Under the pieces are notes generated by a model that was not told the origin of the DNA, searched no databases, and saw only the letters and a list, made by a program, of their open reading frames with translations. From Andalucia godoyi And28 (lineage: Eukaryota > Protista > Jakobida), in contig VRVR01000049.1 of NCBI GenBank assembly GCA_009859145.1, positions 124,001-188,000 on the forward strand: DNA of 64,000 nt, in the 5' to 3' direction. Shown one piece after another: positions 10,729 through 21,188 of the stretch (its first letter is position 1; every line of letters begins with the position of its first letter). The position numbers and the translations under genes are program-made.

Positions 10729-11748
10729 TCAACAAGCCTTGGGCAGTGGTGACAACGGTGATGGCGGAAGAAGATGGTGAGCGGCATACAGAGCAATAAG
10801 AAAAGCATCTGTAATGTCAAAATTAGATGCATGCAACTGCTTTGAACGCGGTGTCAGCTTCCATTCATACACGTTTTTCGGAACCAAATCTGCGAGCTGG
10901 TCGAATACTTGCTGCTTGTTCAGCATAGCCGTGCTGCTACTTCCTTTTGCAAACATAACACTCCTCGCATTCTCCCCGTTCGCAGATGGAGGCTCCAGCG
11001 CAGAAGACAGCGAGAACTGGCGCAGAAACGATCTCGCAGTCACGGCATTCACAAGAGTGATCTGCTCGAAGCACTCGCCAACCTCATGTCTGTTCGCCTC
11101 GCCATCGCCATCACCATCGACATCGACATCGCCATTACCATGAGTACTGCTCGTCGTCCGCATCTTGTGGATTGCTTGTTGATTTTCGAATCGATGCGAA
11201 AGAAACGTTTCTGCACAAACAAACTGAGAAAGCGCGTTCATCTGTGCCAGTCCAGTCAGAACACGCCGGTTTGTGCGTCCTCCTGCAAAGTTGAAGAGAA
11301 AGTCTTCCAACGCGACCGAGTATCGGACATCGGGCCCGATACTGAGTTCGAGAGTCTTGCGAATTTCACACAGCTGGTTCTTCATTGCAAATGCCTTTTC
11401 AGGAAGCGAAACTGCATCAGAAGTATCGAGAATCGAAGCATGCACCACACGCAGTACACTCCGTGTGTCGCGCTTGTCGCTTGGAGCAGGAATAGGACAT
11501 GATTCCTTCGACCCCTTTTTCTTCGGCATACTTGATGGTATGTTGCGAACGCAAAGCACTGGATGGAAAGCAGCAATTCGTTCGGTGCTCATTGCAGCGG
11601 GGTTCTGATGCAACAACACCACACATCCCGTCGATTTTGTGTTGACATCCAGTCCAATCGTCATCCACAAAGTCCGCTGATTCTGGACTTGCGCATGTAA
11701 ACTTGAAACATGTCGTGCCCACCAGATCCTTTGCATAGTCCACACCAT
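10729..11748 (-). CDS. RuvC-like (RNase H fold) Holliday junction resolvase-like protein
   Basis: IGLDVNTKSTG, VALEDF, LAQ, KQQV and FDITDAFLIA occur in RuvC order with the acidic residues intact. Start uncertain (11748, 11736 or 11664). Confidence 0.65.
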   Translation of the reverse strand: MVWTMQRIWWARHVSSLHAQVQNQRTLWMTIGLDVNTKSTGCVVLLHQNPAAMSTERIAAFHPVLCVRNIPSSMPKKKGSKESCPIPAPSDKRDTRSVLRVVHASILDTSDAVSLPEKAFAMKNQLCEIRKTLELSIGPDVRYSVALEDFLFNFAGGRTNRRVLTGLAQMNALSQFVCAETFLSHRFENQQAIHKMRTTSSTHGNGDVDVDGDGDGEANRHEVGECFEQITLVNAVTARSFLRQFSLSSALEPPSANGENARSVMFAKGSSSTAMLNKQQVFDQLADLVPKNVYEWKLTPRSKQLHASNFDITDAFLIALYAAHHLLPPSPLSPLPKAC

Positions 11749-11790
11749 CACACACGCTGTCACGCAGTCATGCGCAACCAAGACATGCGC

Positions 11791-12404
11791 ACCGTTGAAT
11801 AATAACACGTCATTGTCATGCATACGGAAGGAAGTATGAATAAACAGACACGGTCAATACTGGCCGACAGTAGCACGTTTGTTTCACAGGGAATTCGTGC
11901 TTACGCACGCTCGGCCAGAATTCAGCCGGTGACACAGGCTCTGCATTTTCGACACTCTTTAACGCAGCATCCGTAGCCATCTATCATTCTATCATTCGTT
12001 GGTTCTGCTTTATTTATTCAAATGTGGGCGTGAGTGCGCTGGGATGACACATTCGCCTACGCCTACGCCGCTCGATGCAGGGCCTCCTACGTCCCGCAGA
12101 CCTCCTAAGAGACCACGTGTCACTACGCCTACCGCCTCTTCCTCTCGTATCTCCAGGTGCATCAATCGCTGCAACTGAGGACACGAAAGTGCCTGCTGCA
12201 AGGGCCGTCAGAATCAAAATGCACCCTTCTCAGAAACAACGTGTCACGCTGAGAAAGTGGCTCACCGATTGATCGAGATTGGGAACGGAGCGCGGAGCAT
12301 TTATCTGAAGAGCGCCGTGAGGCGTGTTGGGGGCCGATCCCCTTCCCGGCAACGGGATGCAAGACTGAATATGCATGTCTACTCGTAGATATGCATGCTC
12401 AGTG
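11791..12404. repeat. Dispersed non-coding element, copy 1 (blocks 11791-11925 and 12016-12404)
   Basis: Aligned by eye to 23767-24313: about 26 differences over the roughly 390 bp second block; contains hairpins. Confidence 0.9.
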
Positions 12405-12741
12405 TATAGTGTAGACGTTCAACGTTTTGTCCTGCGTTTTCCGATGTCGGTGAATCACAAATACCATTTTTAAATCTCCGACACACCTTTTTTGAAAATC
12501 GCCCGATGGCTTCGATCGCCCCCAATGCGAGAGAAAAACTCGTGCAATCTGTTGTAGAGGTCGCAAAAGGCAATCTCTCTGAAAGTCTTACATATGCGCT
12601 TCGCACCGCCTTCTCATTTCTCATTTCTCATTTCTCATTTCTTATTCCGCACAACCACGACGCGTAAGAGCCAAGAGAGTCCCGCGGTGGGAAGACGATC
12701 CGAAAAAGAAGGAAAGAAGGAAAGAAGGAAAGGAACGAGAT

Positions 12742-14541
12742 ATGAGTCGACTGCGTGATTTTCAGGCTGTTGTGCTTGCTGGTGGGTCTGGAGTGCGTCT
12801 TTTCCCACTTGCCTCGGACCCTGCTCTGCCAAAACACACGCTTCCTGTGTGCAATAAGCCGCTGATCTCGTACGTTGTATCATCACTTGTGAGCTACCGA
12901 ATGTCTGAAATTATCGTTGTCACTTCAGAATCCCAAAAATCGGCTGTCTACGATGCATTGCTTGCGTTCGTCACGGCGTCGCATGGCACTCCAGGCGCTC
13001 CGACGTCGGCTCCCTCGACACCCGTTTCTGCACAGTCTCAGAATCCAACCATTGCTTTCTCGATTCAGAGCGCGGCGGTTGGGTCGCTGGTCACGATCGG
13101 CATTCTTGGTGCTGGACATGCAACCAACAGCACTGGAACCGGCACCGGCACCAGCACCAGCACCGGCACCAACAGCAGTACCGCCGCCAGCGCCAGCACC
13201 TCCATCATCAGCACCATCACTCCGTACTTGACCACGTTTCCAAACATTTCTCTGACTCCAAATCCATCCAGCGCATCTGTTCCCGCGGCAGCGTCAGCAA
13301 GTCATCCAGGTTCAAGCGCGTCTTCCACTGTTGCTGGAGCGCCTGGAGCATCACCGGCAGGAAGCTTTGGTGTAACCGGTGCGGGTTCGTTGGCAAGCGC
13401 GAATGCAGGAACGAACCTTAGTGGTGGCAGCGGAAGCAGCAGTAGTAATGCAAGCGTGAATGCAGGCATGACATGGTCTGGAAACATGGTTCCTTTGCGC
13501 TTGTTCATTTCTGCCAACGCAGACGATTCTGCGTCCTCCGTAAGAATGCTGGCAGAGCGACAGCTGATTAAGCGCGACTTTTTTGTCCTTCCAGGAGACC
13601 TCATTTCACTTTTGTCTCTGCGAAAGCTTGCTGATTTGCACAGAACACATTCTGCAACAGTGAGTGTAATGCTTGTGAGGAGAGACAAGGAAAAGGAAGC
13701 GGGCGCTGCATCTGCGGCAGATTCCGATGACGGATCTTCGTCGCAGTTTGTTGGGCTGGATGCCAACGATCGAAAGAGGCTATTGTACTATGCTGCCGAA
13801 GGTGACCTGGACGATTCCGTCGACTTTTCGAAATCTGCGTTGCTTGCTCATCGAAACAATATGCGAATTACGAATGCACTGCTCGATACCCACATCTACG
13901 TCTTTGCAAAGTCTGTTGCGGACTTGCTGATCCAGAAACGGAATTTTGAGTCTCTTCGCCACAACCTTGTTCCGTATCTTGTTCGAAATCAGTTCAAGCA
14001 CTCGGCCTCCTTCCAGCCTCCTCCCGTTGACCAGGAGCTTGCACTGACGATGTCGTCTGCGGCAGACAACGTGATCAATCGAATTCCATGCATCGCGTAC
14101 GTCCCCGAGGAAAAGGCACTCTCGATCCGTGTGCTGTCGGTCAAGGCGTACTTGGAGGCCAACTTTGCAGCGTGCCTGGCGTTCGGTCTTGGAAACGGCA
14201 AGGAAATCGGAGAAAAGTTTGAAAAGAAGCTTTTTATTGGCCAAAAGGACTGCTGTGTCGGGGCGGCATTGCGGTTTGAACCTGGAGATAAGCCGTCTTC
14301 CATTAAACGGTGCGTTGTGGGAGATCGGGTTGCGATTGGGAAAAATGTTCGTTTGGAACGATCGGTGATTATGGACGATGTCGTCATTCCCGATGGCGTC
14401 ACAATCTCGGGCTCCGTCGTTGGCCGAGGTGTGCGCATTCCTGCAGGTGTGCAGTCCATCAAGAACACCAGCGTCGCTCCAGGCTACGTATTCGAAGATA
14501 TCATGCGCGAGTACACAAGCGCAACACTCCACAAAGATTGA
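12742..14541 (+). CDS. EIF2B3: Translation initiation factor eIF2B gamma subunit
   Basis: FQAVVLAGGSGVRLFPL, PKHTLPVCNKPLISY, DFFVLPGDLI, LLDTHIYVF, C-terminal hexapeptide beta-helix (SSIKRCVVGDRVAIG). Confidence 0.85.
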   Translation: MSRLRDFQAVVLAGGSGVRLFPLASDPALPKHTLPVCNKPLISYVVSSLVSYRMSEIIVVTSESQKSAVYDALLAFVTASHGTPGAPTSAPSTPVSAQSQNPTIAFSIQSAAVGSLVTIGILGAGHATNSTGTGTGTSTSTGTNSSTAASASTSIISTITPYLTTFPNISLTPNPSSASVPAAASASHPGSSASSTVAGAPGASPAGSFGVTGAGSLASANAGTNLSGGSGSSSSNASVNAGMTWSGNMVPLRLFISANADDSASSVRMLAERQLIKRDFFVLPGDLISLLSLRKLADLHRTHSATVSVMLVRRDKEKEAGAASAADSDDGSSSQFVGLDANDRKRLLYYAAEGDLDDSVDFSKSALLAHRNNMRITNALLDTHIYVFAKSVADLLIQKRNFESLRHNLVPYLVRNQFKHSASFQPPPVDQELALTMSSAADNVINRIPCIAYVPEEKALSIRVLSVKAYLEANFAACLAFGLGNGKEIGEKFEKKLFIGQKDCCVGAALRFEPGDKPSSIKRCVVGDRVAIGKNVRLERSVIMDDVVIPDGVTISGSVVGRGVRIPAGVQSIKNTSVAPGYVFEDIMREYTSATLHKD

Positions 14542-14905
14542 ACGCACGGAAAACAAAAATAAAATGAAAATAAAATAAAATCCCTTCCTCTGCACAAGCA
14601 TGACTGGTTTGCAGTAGTAGTCTCTCAATGAATTAAAAACAATATTCCGCGTTCAGCATTGACGTCATCAAACGCAACATACGGAAGACACTCGTTTGCG
14701 TAGCTGCAATTGCGACGTGTTTCTCGGATCTTTCCGTTCTTGTTTTTTCCTTCTTTTTTTGTGGTTGTTGTTGTGACGACGTTGACACTATTGTGGTGGT
14801 TCCTGTCTTTTTCTTGAGCATCCAGGTGCGTGGTGCGTGGTGCGTGGTGCGTGAGTTCGGTGGTTCGTGTGGTTCGTGTGGTTCAGCAGATTTTTCTTTT
14901 TGGAG

Positions 14906-15871
14906 ATGGTGTTTCGCGTGTGTCGGTTTCTGCAGAGTAGCACGACGGCGAGCAGCGGTGCGCAAGGCACTGTTCTTTTGAAGGAGCTTCGCGTTCGTTC
15001 CGGCGCAGGAATTCTGGACTGTAAAAAGGCGCTTGAAGCGTGCAGCAATGATATGGACGCCGCATTTGATTGGTTGAGACAAAAGGGAATTGCGACTGCG
15101 ACGAAGAAGGCTTCCAGGGTAGCTTCGGAGGGTCTTGTGGCGGCAGTGACGTCTGCCGACCATTCACGCGCATCGGTTGTCGAAGTGAACTCGGAAACGG
15201 ACTTTGTCGCCAGAAACCCCGAGTTCCAGGTGCTTGTTTCGGACCTTGCAAAGTACACACTGGACCGCCAAATCAAGGGCGACGGGCTCAAAGCGGACTC
15301 GGTTGCACAAGCCAAGGTCGTTGCGCTGGTTGGGAAGATCGGAGAGAACTTGCAGATTCGTCGATCGGCGTTTGTCGAGGCGGTGCAGGATGGGCTTGTG
15401 CATGCGTATGTGCACAACCAGATTGCGCCTGGATCTGGCCTAGGGCAGATTGGGACGCTGGTCTCTGTTGCACCTTCGGCAGGCGCCCGGGTGTCCAAGG
15501 AGGACCTTCGTGCGACTGCGAATGAAATGGCAATGCACATCACTGCAATGAAGCCAGTGTATCTGACAAAGGAGCAGGTTCCTGCCGAGGTGCTGGAGAA
15601 GGAAAAGGAACTTCTGCGAGAACAAGCCAAGGAGACCGGGAAGAGCGGGCCGCACCTCGATAAGATCATCTTAGGGCGTCTGGGACGATTTTACGAAGAG
15701 CAGTGCTTGTTGGATCAGAAGTTCATGATTGACGCCAAAAAGAGCGTTTCTCAGATTCTGAAAGAGAGAAACATTACTCTCGCCGGTTTCGAACGGTTTG
15801 CGCGAGGTGAAGGAATTGAAAAGCCAAAGGAAGACTTTGCTGCAGAAGTGCAAGCACAGGCTAAGAAGTAA
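14906..15871 (+). CDS. TSFM: Mitochondrial elongation factor Ts
   Basis: LKELRVRSGAGILDCKKAL, KKASRVASEGLV, EVNSETDFVARN, CLLDQKF, FERFARGEG; presequence MVFRVCRF. Confidence 0.95.
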   Translation: MVFRVCRFLQSSTTASSGAQGTVLLKELRVRSGAGILDCKKALEACSNDMDAAFDWLRQKGIATATKKASRVASEGLVAAVTSADHSRASVVEVNSETDFVARNPEFQVLVSDLAKYTLDRQIKGDGLKADSVAQAKVVALVGKIGENLQIRRSAFVEAVQDGLVHAYVHNQIAPGSGLGQIGTLVSVAPSAGARVSKEDLRATANEMAMHITAMKPVYLTKEQVPAEVLEKEKELLREQAKETGKSGPHLDKIILGRLGRFYEEQCLLDQKFMIDAKKSVSQILKERNITLAGFERFARGEGIEKPKEDFAAEVQAQAKK

Positions 15872-16101
15872 AGCACGTACCAGAAGAAGGCGGGGCGGAG
15901 GGAAGCAGATGAGTTCTGCTGATGGAGCTAGAGGAGCGATCGACATCAATATACACATCATCTCGGAATGCATAACCGAAAAACAAAACGTCATTTTTAC
16001 CACAATCAGATCATCCAGGCAGGCGCAAAAAAACAGCGCGTGCAATTAAGTCACATCCAGTATACAATAATGAAAGAAAAGAAAAAGAAATGAAAAAAGG
16101 C

Positions 16102-18567
16102 CTACGAAATGAGCTTGATGGAAAGGCTGTCTGCAGAAACGTGGATCACATTGAGCTCTTGGTAAGTCTTGATGGTTTCCTCCAGGAGTGGCCTTGTGAA
16201 GCCACGGGCGATCACCTGTGGAAGGATTTCCTCCACAAGATGCGACCCGGCAGGATCCTTCTTGAGATGCTCACGAATGATGGCATAGATTGCAGAGATG
16301 GGATCGGCTTGTGCATTGTTTCGACCGCCGGTTCTACGACCATGTTCATCGTCATTCACGAGAGCAGACTTGGAAGCCTGCATAAGTCGGATGGCTTCTT
16401 CCACATCCGATTGCTCCACTTCCTCCGCAAACCGAAGTCTCGCCATGGCCTGGGACAGGCGCAGAACAGACAGAAGCGTACGGGCAGTCGTATACGAATG
16501 TGCATCTTCTCCCGAGGCATGCTCCACTCTTCGCATATCTACATACGACGAAACGAAATAATCCACCAGTTCCTTTGGAACCACAGGCGAATACTTGCGG
16601 GCATGCGCAATGTACGCACGGAGTTGCTGCGGACTCAAATACTGCAAGCTTGTACCGCTTTCGTTGGTGACTTCCTCTAAATCATCATCAGGAGGAACGG
16701 TCAAATTCTGATGAACATACGTCACATGGCGAGCCAGGCGTGAGTCTCGCTCCGGATTTGCATCATCTGTCAATACAAACAGAACGTCAAAACGAGATAG
16801 CAAGGCGGCTGGCAAAGCAATATTTTGCGCCGGCGTCCTGCGTCGATCGTAACGGCCATACAGAGGATTGGCAGCTGCAAGGACCGATGCACGTGCATTG
16901 AGCGTTGCTTGCATTCCCGCCTTTGCAATGCTGACAGACTGCTGCTCCATGACTTCGTGAATTGCAGACCGATCATGATCATCCATCTTGTCAAATTCAT
17001 CGATGCAGCAAATTCCCATGTCTGCAAGAACCAGTGCACCTCCCTCCAAAGCAACATCTCCAGTGATGGGGTCCCGAACCACCGCTGCGGTAAGACCAAC
17101 GCCGGAAGATCCCTTTCCAGTTGTGTAAACGCCGCGCGGAGCCGTTTGGGAAACGAATCGCAGCAGCTGCGACTTTGCGACTCCCGGATCTCCCATCAAG
17201 CACATGTGCAAGTCCCCACGAATTCTCATGCCATCCGGCGTCGAACGCGGTGGTGCGCCGCACAACAGCAACAGCAAGGCGCGCTTCACATCCTCGTGCC
17301 CGTGAATTTCCGGAGCAATCGAGCGAGAAAGAATGGAGTAGACCCCGTGGCGCTGTGCCAAAGACTCGATAATCCGAATATCGTCCTCGGTAAGCTCGTA
17401 CTGGTCGTATGATCTTTTCTGCGGTTCGATTGACATCGCCTCGACAAACGTATCCGCAAGCAAACCGGCCTTCATAGCCCGGAATCCAGTTCGTGGAACA
17501 GGCAGAAACACACCCGAAACATGAATCATGTCTCCCGGAAGACATTGTCGGGTGAGCTCGCCGTGTGCATGGATTACCATTGTTCTCGGGATGTGGCCAA
17601 CAGGCACATCCTGCGGTCGTTCCTGAATTCTGATCTCTTGGAATCGGTCCATCCGCGAGCCGCGGGTTTGCAAAACAAGTCTTCCACCGCTATTTCCACC
17701 GTCCATGCCTTCCTGCTGTCCATACGCAGCTGCAGGATTTGTGGATCCCGCCAATCGACGATGATTTGCGCAATTTGGCAACGGACATTGGATCAACGGC
17801 TTAAACGAACGAGCGGTGACTTCTTGATACACCTCGGTCGAGCACGATTCGCAGACGTATGTAGCCACCTTCATTTCCGGTCGCACATCTGATACTCGCG
17901 TAACAATACCGGCAATCGAAACCAAATGACCGATGTGCTGTGCACGGACCGACCGAATAGCAACTGGCTTTTCCTTTGACGCGCTCTTGAAGGACACTTC
18001 AAATCTGCGTCGAAGTGCGGGGGGAATAGACTGGATCGCTCTTCGTCGAACAAGATCCTCCACCGAATGTGCAGTCAACGCGTCCATGTCAACATCGGCA
18101 TCCCGATCATCATCGTTGTTTGCAGATGCCGTCTGTGATTCTGACGCAGCCTGTTGCGAAAGCGTGTTCATGAGGAACTGATCGGCTCGAATTGCTCGAT
18201 CGGCAGCCGCAATTCGTTGGGTCATCAGCACATCAAAGATGTCCGTGTCCACCAGCGGTTTCGTGGGCTGCGGCAACAACTTTTCAATCGCATCTTCAAT
18301 CAATGCCCTGTATCGAACCGAGTTTCGCAAGATGTTGTATCCAAGATCCTTGTCCGGCGCCTGGTTAAATACATCATCCAAGTTAATTTCAACAAGCTTC
18401 AAATCGCGATTTGCGACATCCTGGATCATCCGAAGATACTTGTATTCTCCAGTAACCGGAGACTGGTACGTCTGGAGAAACCTCAGAACCTTTTGCAGCT
18501 CAGAATCATAGTTGATGTTCAGATTGAGCGACGGCTGTTGCGGTTGCGCTGGTGCATTATTCGACAT
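16102..18567 (-). CDS. MCM7: DNA replication licensing factor MCM7
   Basis: YVCESC...CPLPNC zinc finger, FQEIRIQE..VPVGHIPR, GDPGVAKSQLL, IDEFDKM, SRFD, YTTARTLLSVLRLS. Confidence 0.95.
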   Translation of the reverse strand: MSNNAPAQPQQPSLNLNINYDSELQKVLRFLQTYQSPVTGEYKYLRMIQDVANRDLKLVEINLDDVFNQAPDKDLGYNILRNSVRYRALIEDAIEKLLPQPTKPLVDTDIFDVLMTQRIAAADRAIRADQFLMNTLSQQAASESQTASANNDDDRDADVDMDALTAHSVEDLVRRRAIQSIPPALRRRFEVSFKSASKEKPVAIRSVRAQHIGHLVSIAGIVTRVSDVRPEMKVATYVCESCSTEVYQEVTARSFKPLIQCPLPNCANHRRLAGSTNPAAAYGQQEGMDGGNSGGRLVLQTRGSRMDRFQEIRIQERPQDVPVGHIPRTMVIHAHGELTRQCLPGDMIHVSGVFLPVPRTGFRAMKAGLLADTFVEAMSIEPQKRSYDQYELTEDDIRIIESLAQRHGVYSILSRSIAPEIHGHEDVKRALLLLLCGAPPRSTPDGMRIRGDLHMCLMGDPGVAKSQLLRFVSQTAPRGVYTTGKGSSGVGLTAAVVRDPITGDVALEGGALVLADMGICCIDEFDKMDDHDRSAIHEVMEQQSVSIAKAGMQATLNARASVLAAANPLYGRYDRRRTPAQNIALPAALLSRFDVLFVLTDDANPERDSRLARHVTYVHQNLTVPPDDDLEEVTNESGTSLQYLSPQQLRAYIAHARKYSPVVPKELVDYFVSSYVDMRRVEHASGEDAHSYTTARTLLSVLRLSQAMARLRFAEEVEQSDVEEAIRLMQASKSALVNDDEHGRRTGGRNNAQADPISAIYAIIREHLKKDPAGSHLVEEILPQVIARGFTRPLLEETIKTYQELNVIHVSADSLSIKLIS

Positions 18568-19115
18568 TCACGGATCAAAACAGCAAAACAAACAAAAGGA
18601 AGAAATGATACACAAGAGTATGAAACAAACAGTCTAGGCAACGCTGCAAATACCGAAAACGGGGACAAAGATCATAAAACACAATTTAAAATTAAAAAAA
18701 AAAGAAAGGGAAAGGGAAATAGTGGTTTGGAGAATGGTGGAGTGGTTCTTAATTAAATATTTGGCCTTTTGATGACTGATTCTTTCATGCATTTCGGGGA
18801 AAGATGTGTCTCCCCGCCCAAAACAAGCAATGGTCAGACAATGTCAGAGATGTCATTCGCGGGAGATGCTTACAGCCGCGGTCGTTCGCGTTGTTTTGGG
18901 TGTTGTCAGTTGTCAGTCCCCGTGCAGAATGACACTCTCCTTTTGGAATAGCAAAAGGTCACGGTTCCCTCGATTCCCTCGTGTTTTTTTTATCTCCAAT
19001 GCTTTCGGTTTCCTCTTGTTGTTGTTGTTGTTGTTGTTCTTAAATTTCATTTTTTTAATTTGTGCGATTGTATTGCGTTCGTTCAGTTCTCCTTGCTGGT
19101 CCACTTCTGAATACA

Positions 19116-20028
19116 ATGACGTTCCTGACTTCCGTAACCCGTAATCTTGGAGCAGCGCTTCGAGAATCTGGTCAGGCTCTCGAGCGTCTTGGAGTCCGTC
19201 TTCAAGGACAGTATGCATACGAAGAGACTTGTATGTCCGCTTCCGATTCTTCTTCATTGCCTTTTTTCCTCTGTTCCAACCTTCCCTCTCTCTTTTTGTT
19301 GTTGTTTGGTTTTTGGCCCTGTTCTTTGATCATCACTCTGTGAATTGGTTTGAATGTGGTAATTCTCATCTGCAATTTTCGTGCTTCGGTATTTGTAAGT
19401 GAATCGCCATCGCCGAGTATCTCCTTTCGCGGACAAGTATCCTCAGATTGAAAAGGGCACGTTTGTCGCGCCGAATGCAACGGTTCTAGGTGATGTTTCG
19501 ATTTCTTCGGATGCGTCTGTGTGGTATGGAGCAGTCATTCGAGGCGACGTGAATCACGTGAAGATCGGTCCGTCTGCATCCATTCAGGATCGTGCTGTGA
19601 TCCATGTTGCAAAGATTGGTGGTGATTTCCCTACTCTGATCGGTGCGCGTGCGGTTGTCGAGCCAGGTGCAATTGTTCATGCGGCGACGCTCAAGGATGG
19701 TGCGTTTGTCGGTGCTGGAGCAAAGGTTCTTGATGGAGCAGTCGTTGGAGAGGAAGCAATGGTCGCAGCTGGTGCGCTCGTCACTCCGGGAACCAAGATT
19801 CCCGACGGCCAACTCTGGAGTGGTTCTCCGGCAAAGTTCGAGAGAGATCTTTCGGCGCAAGAGAAGAAAGATATGAGAGCCGCCGCAGAAAAGATCGTGT
19901 TGCTCGCAAAGAAGCATCAGGCCGAGGCAGAAAAGCCGTTTGATGTCGTTCGTGCAGAAAGAATTGTCCGGGAAGCAGAAGAGGAGCGACACCAAGACTA
20001 CGTCTCCAAGATTGGATATTCGCAGTAA
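19116..20028 (+). CDS. Gamma carbonic anhydrase-like subunit of mitochondrial complex I; exons 19116-19230 and 19400-20028
   Basis: Exon 1 LGAALRESGQALERLGVRLQG splices (GTATGT...AAG, 169 nt) in frame to give EETLNRHRR; hexapeptide repeats, SVWYGAVIRGDVN, QLWSGSPAKFERDL. Confidence 0.9.
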
Positions 20029-20277
20029 CCTTTTCTTTTCTTTTCTTTTCTTTTCTTTTTGTTGATGCGGATTGTTTGAACTTGCCTGTGTGCGTGTTGC
20101 ATTCGCGCATATCGAATAATCACAATCCAGCAGTGGAAGGAAAGGGCAGAAGAAAAGAAGACGAGGAGGAAAAAAGGTTATAGAATGTCTAGCTGAATTT
20201 TGTTTGTTATTTGATGATGTTGTGATGATATATAAAGGGTTTTAATAATGCTGATTGGTTCCTTCGTTCGGTTCTTC

Positions 20278-20307
<30 letters not shown>

Positions 20308-20312
<5 letters not shown>

Positions 20313-21188
20313 GGTGTTGCTTGGATTGTATCGCGAGTTGCGCGACGCATTCTTTGAGGATCCCTTGGTCTTCAACATCCGGAGCACCGGACGCCATCCA
20401 TCGCACCGCTCCGTGTTCATCGACGAGCAACGCATACGCAGTCAGCAGGTTCTCGATTCCAAGCTGCTCGCGGAAGTCCGCAGAAGCCGAAAACAGGACA
20501 AGGACGTTTCGCTGCCGTTCTTCTGGAGTGGACTTACGCATTCCGCTCAGAATTGACGATCGCAAAAACGACCGGAACAGAGCCGATTCCACGACCGAAA
20601 GCTCCAACACCTGCAAGGTCGGATGCACAGGAAGCAGCTGCGTCTGCACGAGCTGCTGCCATTGCTGGATCATCGGCGTCGCAAACGCTCGAAAACCAAG
20701 CAGCACCAGGCTGACTCGACCAGTTAACTGCGAGCTCACATCAATGTTTTCATCAAGCAAGTTGACTGCCATGATTGCCGGAAATGCACGGCTCTGTGGC
20801 GACGGGATCAAAGACCGAAACCTCGGGAGCGCCTGCTTTCCTCCATCCTGACGCACAGCTTTCATGTCCGCAAAATATGACTTGCTCACTTCTTTCTTTC
20901 TGCCATTCGTCCACAAGCAGGGAAATGAAAATAAACGAAAAACATCAACATCAGTATCCACATCATTACAAGCATGAGCATACACGCGAATGCAAGGACC
21001 GAAGAAGAGAAAGAGAAGGAGGAAGAAGCATACATTCTCGCAGTTCGCGCTTCTTTGGCTTCCTTTGTGAAGAAGTCTCGGAATGAAAACCACCGCACAA
21101 ATGGTTTACTGCACAGTGCCAAGCGGCTCGATGCACACGAATGCACACAGCCGCGCACGCCCGACCCCGCAAATCTACTCGCGAACAT
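20308..21188 (-). CDS. ATP10: Mitochondrial ATP synthase assembly factor ATP10; exons 21188-21034 and 20899-20308
   Basis: Presequence MFASRFAG; phase-compatible GTATGC...CAG intron (134 nt); VSLVLLGFRAFA, NLLTAYALLVDEHGAVRWMASG. Confidence 0.85.

Noticed and set aside
12225-12300. Block B as SRP (7SL) RNA because TTGGGAACGGAGC resembles helix 8
   Set aside because: The flanks do not pair as helix 8, an alternative stem fits better, and I see no GNAR helix-6 loop or clear Alu domain. Not supportable without a covariance search.
10729-12404. RuvC-like ORF plus adjacent structured element as a Fanzor/TnpB system
   Set aside because: The RuvC-I motif is at the N-terminus, there is no zinc finger or REC/WED region, no transposon ends are seen, and the second element copy has no nuclease.
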